Below are positions 37,804-51,435 of a stretch of DNA of 64,000 nt, piece by piece. Location: contig MU008158.1 in assembly GCA_010909165.1 (NCBI GenBank), positions 1,637,478 to 1,701,477 of the forward strand, read 5' to 3'. This stretch comes from Anthoceros angustus (Eukaryota; Plantae; Anthocerotophyta). Within the stretch, counting starts at the first letter, position 1. Every line of letters begins with the position of its first letter. A program made the position numbers and the translations under genes. The notes under the pieces were generated by a model that did no database searches, was not told the DNA's origin, and saw nothing but the letters and a program-made list of their open reading frames with translations.

Positions 37804-39987
37804 ATGGCCGCCTCCTTCCCGCCGGTCTGCTCGTACTCGGCGGCCGCGCGCTCCTGCTTGGACGCGCCGTGGACGACCTCCAGGCTCTGGCCGCACAGGG
37901 GTCGGCGGCTCCGGTCGCAGCCGCCCGGGGGTCGGCGGGCAGCAGCATCTCGTCCGGGGCCCTGGCTTTCCGTTGGCGAATTTCGGGAGAGGAGAGGCCA
38001 CGGCGGCCGCGGCTGCCGCCTCCGCGGTCGAAGTAGGAGGACTCACCATCAGCCGAGACGGTGGGTGTTCATCCTATCGGGTCGGCCTGGGTCTGGGTTG
38101 TCGTCGCATTTTTGGCTTGCAGGCCTGAGATTTGATGCCGCAGATGTGGTGAGAGAGGACGACCCGACCAACAACGTGCCGGATTCGGTGTTTGCCAAGA
38201 TCGGGGTGCAGCTGCACAGACGAGATGACCACCCCCTGGGGATCATTAAGAACGAAATTTACCGCTACTTTGACGAGACGTACCCGGGCCTGTTCCAGAA
38301 GTTCGACGATAACAGCCCCATTGTGTCAGTTAAAGCTGTGGGTGCCATGATGGGTGACCTGTTGTTGTGTGGCTTTGTTTCCCTGTGTCCTTTTTTGGGG
38401 TTGTTCTGAATTATCATGTGTGTGTCTTGTGGCAGAATTTTGATGATGTTTTGGTGCCCGAAGACCATGTCAGCCGGAACTACAATGACACCTATTACAT
38501 CAACTCCGAGACTGTCCTGCGGTGTCATACCAGTGCACACCAAGCTGAGATGCTCCGGAACGGCCAGACTCATTTTCTTGTTACGGGGGATGTGTACCGA
38601 AGGGATGCCATCGACGCTACCCACTACCCTGTCTTTCATCAGGTTAGGCATTTATGAGTTTTTGTGGATGATGGTGGGAGGTGGGCACTTGGTCCATGAT
38701 GTGCAGCTCAGTCTTGTGTGGGGATGATGGTCCTTCAGATGGAGGGGTTTCGGGTTTTTTATCCCGCTGAGTGGGAGGGCACTGGTCTGGACGGCACGGC
38801 CTATGCAGTCAAGGACTTGAAGGATACTCTAGTGGGGCTGGCCCGCCGGCTTTTTGGTCAGATGTTGTGGGTTAGGTTATTGGTTGCATCTTAGAATGCC
38901 GGGGACACTCTAGTGAAATGTCTCTGGAACAGTGTCTTGTTGTGGGTGACAGGCGAGGTGGAGATGAGATGGGTTGAGACATATTTCCCCTTCACGGACC
39001 CATCCTTTGAGCTGGAGATTTTCTTTCAGGTATTGGCTCTCATGTATCGGAAACTGCTGGAAAAGTTGGGAAGTCCGGTCTTCATGATCTCACCGAGTTG
39101 CCATTATGCGTGCAGGGGAAATGGTTGGAAGTTTTGGGTTCTGGAGTCACTGAGCAGGCAATCCTGAAGAACAATGGTCGGGACGGAACTGTAGCTTGGG
39201 CTTTTGGTCTCGGTTTGGAACGCCTTGCTATGGTGCTCTTTGACATCCCCGACATCCGCCTATTCTGGTCTTCCGATCCACGCTTCACTTCTCAGGTACA
39301 CAGTTGCTCTGTGTTGCGAAGAGTACAGGATTTGTCCCAAGATGGGGGTTTGCATGTGTTGACGCGCCCTTGCTGCTTGTAGTTCAAAGCTGGACAGCTT
39401 GGCGTCAAGTTCAAACCCTTCTCCAAGGTAAGCACAGATTTTCATGCCCCCATCCATCCGGGTGCTGGTTTGCCCAGGGATGCTCAGCATTTTTCACAAG
39501 GATTGTGGTGTCTTCGGAAAGGAGCCTAATATTTTGTGTAATGTTGGAGCAGTTTCCTCCCTGCTACAAGGACATCAGCTTTTGGATCAGTGACGCTTTC
39601 ACCGAAAACAATCTCTGTGAAGTTGTGAGAGGCATTGCTGGAGATCTCGTTGAGGAAGTAAGACCTAGAGAGTGGCCATACATCGTAGAAGCTTGTGAGT
39701 CTGTGATTACTTTGTTAACCCCATGCATGCTGCAGGTTGCGCTTATTGACAACTTCACGAATAAAAAGGGCATGACAAGCCACTGCTATCGGATTTCATA
39801 TCGGTCCATGGAGAGATCTCTGACAGACGATGAGATCAACGCATTTCAGGTACCCCCTTCTTGAGACCTTCGTGCGCTTTCTTACACAACCCTGTTCTGT
39901 CCATCCTCCACTTCTTAAGCGTGTGCTTTTGTTCAGGCTCAAGTGAGAGAGGATGTACAGCAAAAGCTCAATGTTACCCTGCGATAA
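37804..39987 (+). CDS. Phenylalanine--tRNA ligase, chloroplast/mitochondrial monomeric type, multi-exon
   Basis: [100 protein letters not shown]; N-terminal transit peptide. Confidence 0.95.
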
Positions 39988-42098
39988 GTGTGACCGGTGT
40001 GCACTGGGTTTATTAGAGACGCTAGAACTGGAGCCGCCAAACCTGGAGGAGCCTAAAGGCCAAAATGGTTGCTAGCACTCGGACTGGCGTCCGAGGTGGG
40101 TCCTTGTCAGGATCTTGCAAGTCATGTATCACAGCTGCAATCCACAGTGCTGCAGCACGAGGTATCAGGGGCACCTTGTGAGCACTGAGATATTTGGTAG
40201 TCAGCAGACAGTGACTAAAAGACAGCTACCTCTCAGCTCAGAGAGTGTCGGAAAGCTCACGCAATGCGGTATGCGTGGCTATGTGGTTGGCACTTGCAGT
40301 TGGCGACCCACCAACAGGGGTGGGTGCCGGTTGAAACAAGTGTGTCTTGACCTTTCTCGTAAAAGACTTGGTCTCAGTTGTTGCTTCGGAACGTGAAGAT
40401 TTCGGCGATGCCTGTGCAGGCCCGCATACATACTCGCCCGCTAAATCGCGTATACCGTCCTTCTGAAAAGGTGGGGTCCCAGGAGCCCATGAGTAGTCCA
40501 GCGCAATCGACTATCCCACCCGCAACGTGTTGGATGCAGCAGCAGTCCTTGCCGGCACGATGCCGGCTCGTCCTTCCTGCACTTCGGAGTAAATGCAGAC
40601 ATGAATGGATCAACAGCAGCAACTGCTACATCCCTCTGATATTCATTTGCGCTCATCTAATGGAAGCTAGCTTACTAGACCCGGCTCTGGGTCTGTTAGA
40701 CATGTCACGGCGCCACCCACCTGATGATGGTTGCAGTGGGCAGCCCCACCCACCTTACCTTGTGCATTCAAGTTCGCAGTTTGCGACCTCATGAGCCGGT
40801 CTTCACCGGCGCATGAAGCATCACACATGGCGGATTCTTTGCACTCCAACTGGCCTGAATTAATGAAGATGAAGCTCGTATGTAGGTCGCTGCTCTTCAG
40901 TCCTGGACTCCTGGCCTGAGATCAACCTTACTGCAAAGCACGTGAGAAACAGAAGACACCTCGAATTCTGGAACTGGACTGCAGATTCTGAGCCCTGGTG
41001 AGGAGCCCAGGACTGCGATGTGGCTAAGTATGGATGGATGCTTGTACGTGCGTGCGTCCAGGACATCAGTTCGTGACTCCCTCATCAGCAATGACCAGCT
41101 TGGGGCCGGGCCTGCTCTCATGGCGATTTGTAAAGCTCTGTACTTGTTACCGAGCACAAAGTTGACTGCTCGGTATACGAGTCTCGCAGGATCATTAAGC
41201 TCGTCCGAACGTGTCGTGGTAGTAAGTATCACAAGACGGTACAATGACGAGCCCACTTTCATGGGCGTGTAACAATTGCAAGTATGTATATGCCACATGT
41301 GGTAAACGGATTCACAACCTGCTTTGCCTCAAGCCATTTGATCAGGAGTTGCCACTCGCAGCAGAAGGCATTTGTGGCGCTTGAGGGAGGTACAGAGTTG
41401 CATTCATCTGTCTGGTACCAGGTGCTGTCCGAGCTGTGCATCCGGACTGGCCAGTCACGGAAGGAGCAGTGAGAACTTCTGAGAAGCTGTGTGTGCGGTG
41501 GCCAATCCAAACCTGGCATTGTCATACGGTGCCTTGCATTCCATGGCAGCTGAGTCGAATCAGCGTGGTACCTGTACTGTGATCAAGATTGAAGCCCGCT
41601 TCTGTGGCTCTCCTAGCAGACAGACTGGCATTCTGTTCAGTGGCGTCCTCTAATGCTTGCGAACAACATTCAGGAACCGTTGTCTCTTTCTCCTCTTTTT
41701 GGCGAATGCTGCAGTCGCTGGCTAGTCAATTGCTCCCTTCTTACGGTACCCTCGTGCTTCTTGTGCCCGTGGCGGTGGAGCTTTACCAGAAACGCCGCAG
41801 TACATAGGTCTGCACCTGCCCTCCCTTTGCAGAGCACACAGAGCTCTTTTGTCAGGCAGGAATCAGTCCTGAAGGCTCCTGAGAGTGCTGCCAGCCAGAG
41901 CCCCAAGTGTTTGAACTCTGCTCAGGACTGTGTGCATGCATTCCATACAGATTGACCGGCCTTGGACAAGCTTGAAGTGATTCGCAGACCAGCTTACTGA
42001 CTGCAGAGTGTTCGAATCGCAAGTCCCTCTGGCCTGATCACTTCCGAAGGCCCGCTGAGGACACACCTCCTGACGATATTCTTCCCCTCAGCGCCGGC

Positions 42099-43351
42099 AT
42101 GGCATCTCCGAAGCTCCTCACACGGCCGGAGTCTTCCAGAGGTGGTCGTTTGGCAACCATTTCAGCGATGTGGTTGCTAGTTCTGAGCACCATGAGCACG
42201 GTGAGCCTGGTGGAGGGGCAGCTGCGATATGGGTTCTACTCTGCCAGTTGCCCGAATGCTGAGAACATTGCGAGAGCTGCGCTCATGGCAAATGTGGCGA
42301 GAGATCCAACAGCCCCGGCTGCTCTGCTGAGGCTCGCCTTTCACGACTGCATAGTTGAGGTAGGCAACTGTGGCTTGCATGAATGATGGAGGTAAATTGA
42401 AGCAAATTTCACGGTCAAGATTGCTCAATGCAACCATAATCCACTCCCCTCCCCGATCTCGAGTCCCAGGACTGATCACTCTATCGTGCAACACAATGCA
42501 GGGCTGCGATGCGTCCATCACGCTCACCGCGGGACCTCAGGTGTCCAGCGAGCTCATATCCGACCGCAACTTCGGGATCAGGCGACTGGACTTCATAGAC
42601 AACATCAAGAGTGCGCTGGAGAGCGCTTGCCCCGGCAGAGTGTCCTGCTCCGACATCATCGTCATGGCGGCCAGAGACGCCATCCTGCTCTCAAGCGGCC
42701 CCTTCATCCAGGTGCCCCTGGGCAGGCGGGATGGCACCTCGGCGAGCAACCGCAGGGCAGACTCTGAAATCCCTCCAGCCTCCTCCGGCTTGGCTACTGC
42801 ACTCGCCGATTTCAGCAGAATGGGCATGACGCTGCAGGAATCCGTGGCAATCATAGGTTAGTGCAACATTCAGCACATGGCAATTTTGAAGACGTGCTTG
42901 ACAATGTGAGTGTGAGAAACCCGATTAACCATCACAAGTGTGGGTGAATCCAGGAGCACACACCTTGGGAGTGGGGCACTGTGTCAGCATTCTCCACAGG
43001 CTGTTCCCCAACCAAGACCCTCAGCTAAGCACAAGTCTGTTCGGAGCACAGCTGCGCACCTCTTGCCCCACCAGCCCACCCATCACGAATGCCACCGTGA
43101 TCAACAACGACTTCACCAATGGGCTGTTCGACAACCAGTACTACCGTGATCTCACCCTTGGACGAGGCCTCTTCACCATCGATTCTGAGCTATCCACCGA
43201 CTCCAGGACCGCTCCCATTGTGAGGCAATTTGCTGGCAACATAGGACTCTTCTACCAAACATTCTCCACTGCGTTTGTGAAGCTGACATCCAACAGAGTC
43301 CTCACAGGCAACCAAGGGCAGGTCCGACGGAGCTGCAGAGCCGTGAACTAG
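42099..43351 (+). CDS. Class III secretory peroxidase (peroxidase 29-like), 3 exons
   Basis: Signal peptide, QLRYGFYSASCP, LLRLAFHDC, GCDAS, VSCSDII, GAHTLG, FDNQYY, VRRSCRAVN*. Confidence 0.95.
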
Positions 43352-43798
43352 CCTGCACACTCTTGCCATCCAATGCAGCGGATGCCATTCAACAAACATG
43401 CTTCCCGGACGAAATTTGCGAATACTACCGTAGTCTCTCTAGCTCAGGCGCTCGTGTATATGTTTTGCTCTTGTTGTACATAAGCCAAAGGAGCTCGCGT
43501 TCGATCACACACAGCTCTGTTGATGACAGATCCACAATTATCTACATGTATCCGGAGCTTGCTCTGTCTCGTCTCATGTTGGGGGCTGGCACAAATCCCA
43601 ATTCCACTCGACAAATGCATCCCACCTCTGCTTCCAAGGGTTTAAGAAAACGTACATTATCCGAGGCCGCTAACTCTCGCACTTTCTGCCCTAGCTTTTG
43701 TCTCAGCTAGTTCAGCAAGCGTATCCGTTTCGAGTGGCAAGCAATCTTAGACTTGGCCAGGCAGCACTGTAATGTGGGCCTGATTGTAAGGAACATCC

Positions 43799-46700
43799 AT
43801 GGAGTGCATGGCGCTGGCTCAGGGAGGGGCGGTTGCCTTCCCGCACCTGACCAGCAGACGCGGCACGCGAGCTACAGGTTGCCGGCCGTGTTTGCCTTGG
43901 GCGCTCCGTCTTTCGGTGGCGCCAACGCTGTCGTACTTCTCTCGATCCTGGGGAAGATTGAAGTCGTGCAGTGAAGGTGATGGGAATTGAAATTGTGATT
44001 CACAGCTGCTACGAAGTTAGACCAGCTTTGGGAGTCGGCTTGTAAGGTTTGACCAATTTGGCTTGAATCGATTTTGTGTAGGCTGTGGGGACGGAAAGTA
44101 TCGATTTCAGGTGCAGGCACAAGCTGTTGCGGGAACTGAGCAGGTGCGAATTCGGTGCTTGGTCTTGTGCGTGCGGAATCAATTCTGCAATGTGCTTCAC
44201 AGTGTCCACCCGATGCACATTTGTGATTAGGATGCATTGCCAACAACACCTCTTATCGTCGAGTCAGCCTCAGAGCTCTACCATCTGTATCGATACCCTC
44301 TGCTTCCAGAGGCTGGTGCAGCGGCACTTTTGAAACAGGTGAAGTGTTTGAATTCACCATGTTGAAGCTCTGAGAGGTGCTGCTTCACGCACTTCTGTTA
44401 TATTTTTTCAGGTCCGGGAGAAAATTTCTCCAGACGTTGCCTCTATCGAAACTGAACAGGTATTGGACGGTTCCTTTTGAGCAAGCTATCCGTGTTTGTT
44501 AAGATTCTTGCTTGACGCAGTTTATTCGTAAATTGTGTGCAGTGCTTCAACATCGCTGTGACTGCACCGCTTTCGCCAGAGAAGCTGAATGTGCTCAGGT
44601 GGTTGCTGCAAGAGACCTATGCACCGAAAAACTTGAAATCCATCAGTCATCTGTCAGCACGCTCTGCTCATGAAGGTTGGTAGAGCAGTTTGCCCCTTCT
44701 GTTGATGGAAAAGGCTCTTCACGGATTGAGGTTTTACGGGACACATGTTGTAGACCAAAGTGGCTTCCAGCAAGCACCATCTGGCTCACATTTGCGGGTC
44801 TTTCATTTTGCATCAATGCATGTGGCTACCTAATGAGGAGATGGAGTAGTTAACTTTGGGGTTCGCTGGTCCAGTGGTGGTGGAGGTTGGCCCACGTCTG
44901 TCTTTCACAACTGCCTGGTCAGCAAATGCGGTGTCAATATGCAGCGCTTGTGGATTAGTTGAGGTTACGCGCATTGAGCGATCAAGGAGGTACTTTTTGA
45001 GTGTCAGCAATGAAGCAGCGCCACTGGATGGAGATCTGGTTGAAAAGTTTGCATCAATGGTAAGCTGCAACACCATGGAAAGGGCTCGCTCTGTGGCAGT
45101 CTACTTTCCAGTTCTCATCAGTATCGATGTAAGACTGTGCTAACTTGGAAAGTCTCTCCACTCAGGTTCATGACAGGATGACTGAGTGTGTATACAGCAC
45201 AAAGTTGATGTCCTTCGAGAATAAAGTGTTCCCAGCACCTGTAATTCAAGTACCTGTTATTGAGGTAGGGTTGATTGAGTTCATTGTCAAATTGAAGCAA
45301 GCTTAGGCATTTTTTGTCGCTCATAGTTAGCTGTCCCTGTGCATGTGATTCTCTGGGAAAAGGAAGGGCGGGCAGCACTTGAGGCAATCAACAAGTCAAT
45401 GGGGCTAGCTTTTGATGAGTTCGATCTTGAGGTCAGATGAAAATTTGAACCTTGTCATGTTTGTCAGCTGAACTACAACCTCAACTGGGTCTGAACCTTA
45501 TATGTGTTTTACGGCCTGTTTGAGGTGGACAGTTTTATACAAACCTTTTTGTGAACGACATCAAGCGCAACCCAACAAATGTTGAGCTCTTTGATATTGC
45601 TCAGTCAAACAGCGAGCACAGCAGGCACTGGTTTTTTAAGGTAATTATTCCGCTATCCAAATGGGTTGAGGAACATTATCATTTCTTTAAGCTCACCAGT
45701 GGACGTGTGTGCAACAGGGGAAAATAGTCATTGATGGGCATCCAGCACCATTTACGTTGATGGATCTTGTTAAAGACACTTTGAAGGCAAATCCAAACAA
45801 TTCTGTCATTGGCTTCAAAGACAATTCCAGGTACAGCACTCGCCACCCCCTGAAGAACCTTCAGGTCCATATTAGTGTTCACCTGGTTAGTTATGTTACT
45901 GTGGATCTGGCATGCTGCAGTGCAATTCGAGGCTTCGATGTAAAGGCAGTTCTGCCTTCCCAACCTGGACGGCCTTCACCGTTGGGGCCCAAGGATCGAG
46001 ATTTCGATATCCTCTTCACTGCTGAAACACACAACTTCCCCTGTGCAGTAGGTTTCTAGGCCATTTTCTCAAGAAATTGAATGGGCTTCTTCTGTCACTG
46101 TGCAGCTGGCAGCTCTAACTGAGATCCTCTTTTGCAGGTTGCACCATTTCCAGGAGCTGAGACAGGGGCAGGAGGTCGCATTCGAGATACCCATGCTACG
46201 GGGGTTGGATCCATTGTGGTTGCTGCAACAGCTGGGTACTGTGTTGGGAATCTCCAGGTTTGCAGTGATGAGCCATGGTCTTGATATGCGTGCAATCTAT
46301 GGTTATTTAATCAGTGTCGACCTAGCAGTTTGTAACTAGCATTGTTGTACTCACAAGAAAAAGTTTTATCATCGTTGTGGAGTCTCCTTTTGGTTCTTTA
46401 TTTGTCATTGTATGCCTGCTACTAGACTCGAATGGGTGCTTGTTACATGTAGCTGGAGGGATCATTTGCTCCATGGGAGGATTCAAGCTTCATCTATCCC
46501 TCCAATCTGGCATCTCCCCTCCAGGTATGTCATAAATACCAACAGAACACTTCAATATAGTGTCTAGGTTATGCAATTTCAGTACTTGAGCTTGGAGTGA
46601 TATGTTTGGAAATCAGATTCTGATTGATGCAAGCAATGGAGCATCTGACTACGGCAACAAGTTTGGGGAGCCGCTCATTCAGGTTTCTCTTCGACTGTCT

Positions 46701-49700
46701 ACTGTCTAAGCTGGAGTGAAGGTGGAATGACATCTCATAAAATGCGACTGACCTAAGCATGCTGATGGCAGGGTTACACTCGTTCATTCGGGATGAGACT
46801 TGTGAATGGTGAGCGGAGGGAGTGGCTTAAGCCAATAATGTTCAGTGCCGGTATTGGGCAGGTATTGTATTTGACTGTCAATATACGACCTGAAAAGTTG
46901 TATTTTTTTCCAAGTATAGTCTACTCTAGCTGTCTATAGTACTCTTCGCACTCTTCACCGCTCTGAGCAGCAAGCATTTTGTCATAGATTGATCACCGTC
47001 ACTTGGAAAAAGAAGATCCTGAAGAAGGGATGCTTGTGGTGAAGGTATCAACTGTGCCTTGCACTAACTGTGTATCTTTATGAAAAGTTATGACGTGCAA
47101 GCTGATGGTTTATAATACCTCTGTGCTGATTGACTTTATCCTCCAGATTGGTGGCCCAGCCTACAGGATAGGGATGGGAGGTGGTGCAGCTTCCAGCATG
47201 GTGACTGAGGGAACCCCCCTGTGAAAATACCAAATGATCTATTATTTGACTTGAGTTATCTTCTTGGTTTGAAGTTTAGGATGGTTTGGAAGGCTAATTC
47301 TACGAGTCTACTGTTTGGAGCAGGTCAGTGGACAAAATGATGCAGAGCTGGACTTCAATGCAGTACAGAGAGGTGATGCTGAGATGGCACAGAAGCTGTA
47401 TCGAGTAGTTCGTACATGTGTTGAACTGGGCGATGAAAATCCAATTGTCAGCATACATGATCAAGGCGCTGGAGGAAATTGCAATGTTGTGAAAGAGATC
47501 ATCTACCCCAAGGTTGATGATCTTCGATAGACACTGTTGAACCTTGTCCTTATCGAATGTTTCTTTACTGCGCTTTCTGTAAGGGTGGACATCCTGGTGA
47601 GCCATGGCCTGATATCTTTCTATCAGGGTGCAGAGATTGATGTGAGGTCAATTGTTGTGGGCGATCACACAATGTCAGTCCTGGAGATCTGGGGTGCAGA
47701 GTATCAGGAGCAGGTACTTTTATTGAGATTTCTCTTTGTGACAATGTGCCCAGGGTCTGTTACCTGCATTGGTTCTTCCCTGTTTAACTACTTCTTGCAT
47801 TATGGTGCTCAAAAGTGAAGGGATTCTGTGGTGCAATTCGGAAGTGATGCATGAGAACTGTCCTCAAACATTTATGGCTGGCTTGTCATTTTCTGTGCAT
47901 CTTAATGTGCTGCATGCATGTTGTGTACACATGGAGGTGTGGGTGGCATGTCTGATTAAACTATTGGGGTTTCTACTCAGGATGCCTTGCTGATCAGACC
48001 AGAAAGTGAAGGATTGCTGCGTTCAATCTGTCAGAGGGAGCGTGTGTCAATGGCAGTGATTGGCAAGATTAGGTTGTTATCTTGTTTGTTTGGATATCTC
48101 CCTCTCATGAGGAGCGTAGTGAATAAATGGTGATCAATCTAAATTTTAAATCTTTGCTGGCATGCAGTGGTGAAGGTCAGATAGTCTTAGTGGATGGGAC
48201 TGCTAGGGAGGAAGCCCGGTCCAAGGGTCTTCCAGACCCAATTCCTGCTGTGCAGCTCGATCTTGAAAAGGTGTACAATATTTCTATGGTCTTGCTACAC
48301 AGGAGTATGATATTGTATGCTTACAATGTTTCTAGGTCTGCTTGTAGTTAACAATTACTTACATGTCACTGCTCCTCTTCCGAAAGGTGTTAGGTGATAT
48401 GCCACAGAAGGTGTTTGAGTTCAGCCGGAGATACAACCCTTTGGAGCCCTTTGCCACTGCACCCGGACTCACTGTGTCAGAAGCCTTGAAACGCGTTCTA
48501 CGGCTGCCATCTGTGTGCTCCAAGCGGTTTTTAACCTCAAAGGTTTATATTGTGCAAGTGCACCATGTTCTGACCTAGTGCGATAGGATGAGTTTTCAGC
48601 ACTGTATTAATCCTAGGTTGCATTTGTGGCAGGTTGATCGCTGTGTGACAGGCCTGGTTGCTAGGCAGCAAACAGTTGGCCCTTTGCAGTTAACCCTGGC
48701 AGATGTGGCTGTTATTGCACAGGTCCCCTTCACTCACACAGTTCCATTTGTGAATCTGCTTATGTGAGCATCTTTCAGGCAAATATACCAAGTTATCGAT
48801 ATATTTGTTAACGTGTGATTTACCTGTCTTAAATAGACTCACACAGGCATAACGGGGGCTGCATGTTCAATTGGAGAACAGCCTATCAAGGTACTCTTTG
48901 AAAACGTACCACAGGATACTCAGCTTCTTCCTTTGCATGGGAGATTCATGCATGTACTTTGAACTGACAGGGCTTGCTTAACCCCAAGGCTATGGCCAGG
49001 CTGGCTATAGGAGAAGCACTTACCAATCTCGTGTGGGCAAAGGTGATTTTCGGTACCACAATTGTTCAATGCTGGCTGTAATAGGTGCTAGCTTAGCTTC
49101 TGATATCTTTGTTCAAAAGCAGATCACTTCATTGAGGGATGTCAAGGCAAGTGGAAACTGGATGTATGCTGCAAAAATGGACGCAGAAGGAGCGGCTATG
49201 TATGATGCGGGCGTTGCTCTGCGTGATGCTATGATTGAGCTGGAGATTGCAATTGATGGGGGTAAAGATAGTCTGTCAATGGCTGCCCAAGCAGGAGGGG
49301 AGACAGTAAAAGCGCCTGGAAACCTGGTCATCAGTGCTTATTGCTCTTGTCCAGACATATCAAAAGTTGTTACTCCTGATTTGAAGGTAACATGAGTAGT
49401 TGTCTCTCCTCTTAGCTCCCTGAAGGAGGGTTGGCACAAGTTATCCAGCTTATATGTTCATTTTTTTTCGATTAGACCAGTGTTTTGGATAGCCTGCTAT
49501 GTAAGAAACTTTTCAGCTTAACGGGCTGTGGGCCACAGCTTGGAAGTGCGGGGTGTCTATTGCACATTGATATTGCTCATGGGAAACGGCGCCTTGGAGG
49601 TTCCGCTTTGGCACAAGCATATGATCAGGTTCTTGTCATGACGTTTCTTCTAAGACACTTGAATCATCTACCCAGTCTGTACTCAGGGTTGACTCTGAGA

Positions 49701-51435
49701 GCCGTGTAGCATGGTTATCCCTCAAACGTGGTTTGTTCTTTAGGACAGATTGGAGATGAATGCCCTGACGTTGATGACATACAGTATCTTCAGAAGGTGT
49801 TCAATGTCACTCAGGTAACGCTATGATTGCTTAAGTGGTGTAAAGGAGGTGTTCCTGCATGCCTTCAGTGGCCATTGGCTGATGAATAGGTAGATTAACA
49901 CGGCATTGCTCCTCGGCTCTTACTCAGGTACTGGTGGACAAACAGCTCATTGCGGCAGGGCATGACGTCAGTGACGGTGGCATTATTGTGACCTTACTGG
50001 AGATGGCATTTGCGGGTAATTGTGGAATCGACGTAAACTTACCCACTTCTCAGGGTCTTGCCCAGGACCCTTTTGCAACTCTGTTCTCTGAGGAACTCGG
50101 CCTTGTCCTTGAGGTTAACTCCTGCTCGGAATACGTAATGTGGTTCACGTTGTTGGTTTCCACATTCTTGGAGTGGGGTACTTAGTTCGGCTGTTGAAAC
50201 TTGTTGGCACAGGTGAACCACTTGGATTCCGGTAGAGTAGAAGAAATACTGCAGTCAGCTCGGGTCAGCTATGAATGGATTGGTTTCGTCAGAGCTTCAC
50301 CGCGTGTGATTGTGGCTGTTGATGGGGTTGTGTATGTCGAGGATGCAACATCTGCCCTTAGAGACGTTTGGGAAGAGACAAGCTTCTCACTAGAAAGACT
50401 TCAACGCCTTGAGTCCTGTGTGGAAGCCGAGCAGCAGGGGCTTCGCAGCAGGACAACCCCCTCATGGAACTTAAGTTTTGCCCCCATAAGGACATCTGAA
50501 GATCAGTTGAATGCAGCCGCAAAGCCAAAGGTTGCGATTATTCGCGAAGAAGGGAGCAATGGTGATCGAGAGATGTCTGCTGCCGTTCATGCAGCAGGAT
50601 TTGAACCTTGGGATGTCGCAATGGCAGATTTACTCGCTGGAAAAGCAACGTTAGATCAGTACAGAGGGATTATTTTTGTAGGTGGCTTCAGTTATGCAGA
50701 CGTATTGGATTCTGCAAAAGGATGGGCAGGCACAATACGCTTCAACGCAGGCATATTGAAACAGGTGAGACTCCATGGTTTGCCTTTTCCAAGCTTCTGC
50801 AGGGTGTCTGCTTTTTGCTGAACACCCATACCATTGTACTTTTGCAGTTTCAAGACTTCTACAACCGCCTAGACACTTTTAGTCTTGGTGTTTGCAATGG
50901 CTGCCAATTGATGGCACTTCTCGGATGGGTCCCTGGAGCTGATGTTGGAGGCACTCTTGGTTCTGGTGGGGACCAAGTACAGCCAAGATTTGTGCACAAT
51001 GAGTCCGGTCGATTTGAATGTCGGTTTTCATCTGTCACGATCAGAGATTCACCGGCCTTGATGTTGAAGGGAATGGCTGGAACAACAGTGGGCGTGTGGA
51101 CTGCCCATGGTGAAGGACGAGCTTTATTCCCAGATGGAAGTATCCTAGATCAAATCCTTGATTTGAGTTTGGCACCTATAAGGTACTGCGACGACTCAGG
51201 ATTTGCAACCGAGGTTTACCCATTCAATCCCAACGGCTCACCCGGGGGGATTGCTGCTATATGCTCACCGGATGGGCGACATTTGGCCATGATGCCACAC
51301 CCCGAGAGATCTTTTCTCATGTGGCAATTTCCCTGGTATCCTAGGGAGTGGGTGGACATTGATCCTCTGGGTCCAAGCCCCTGGCTGCGTCTTTTTCAAA
51401 ATGCCAGGCAGTGGTGTGACGAGGTCTGTGCTTGA
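43799..51435 (+). CDS. PUR4: Phosphoribosylformylglycinamidine (FGAM) synthase, large PurL type, organellar, about 30 introns
   Basis: VEVGPRLSFTTAWS, QSNSEHSRHWFF, AETHNFPCA, DFNAVQRGDAEM, HDQGAGGN, GGKDSLSM, GHDVSDGG, GGFSYAD, GVCNGCQ, MMPHPER. The start is inferred from the transit-peptide-like exon. Confidence 0.95.

Noticed and set aside
40000-42050. Many 60-140-aa ORFs between PheRS and the peroxidase
   Set aside because: None is recognisable and no coherent gene model could be built.
3382-51435. Biosynthetic gene cluster linking the NRPS-like gene with SAMS and the peroxidase
   Set aside because: They are 10-30 kb apart, separated by unrelated housekeeping genes; no lipoxygenase, PPTase or tailoring gene is adjacent in this window.
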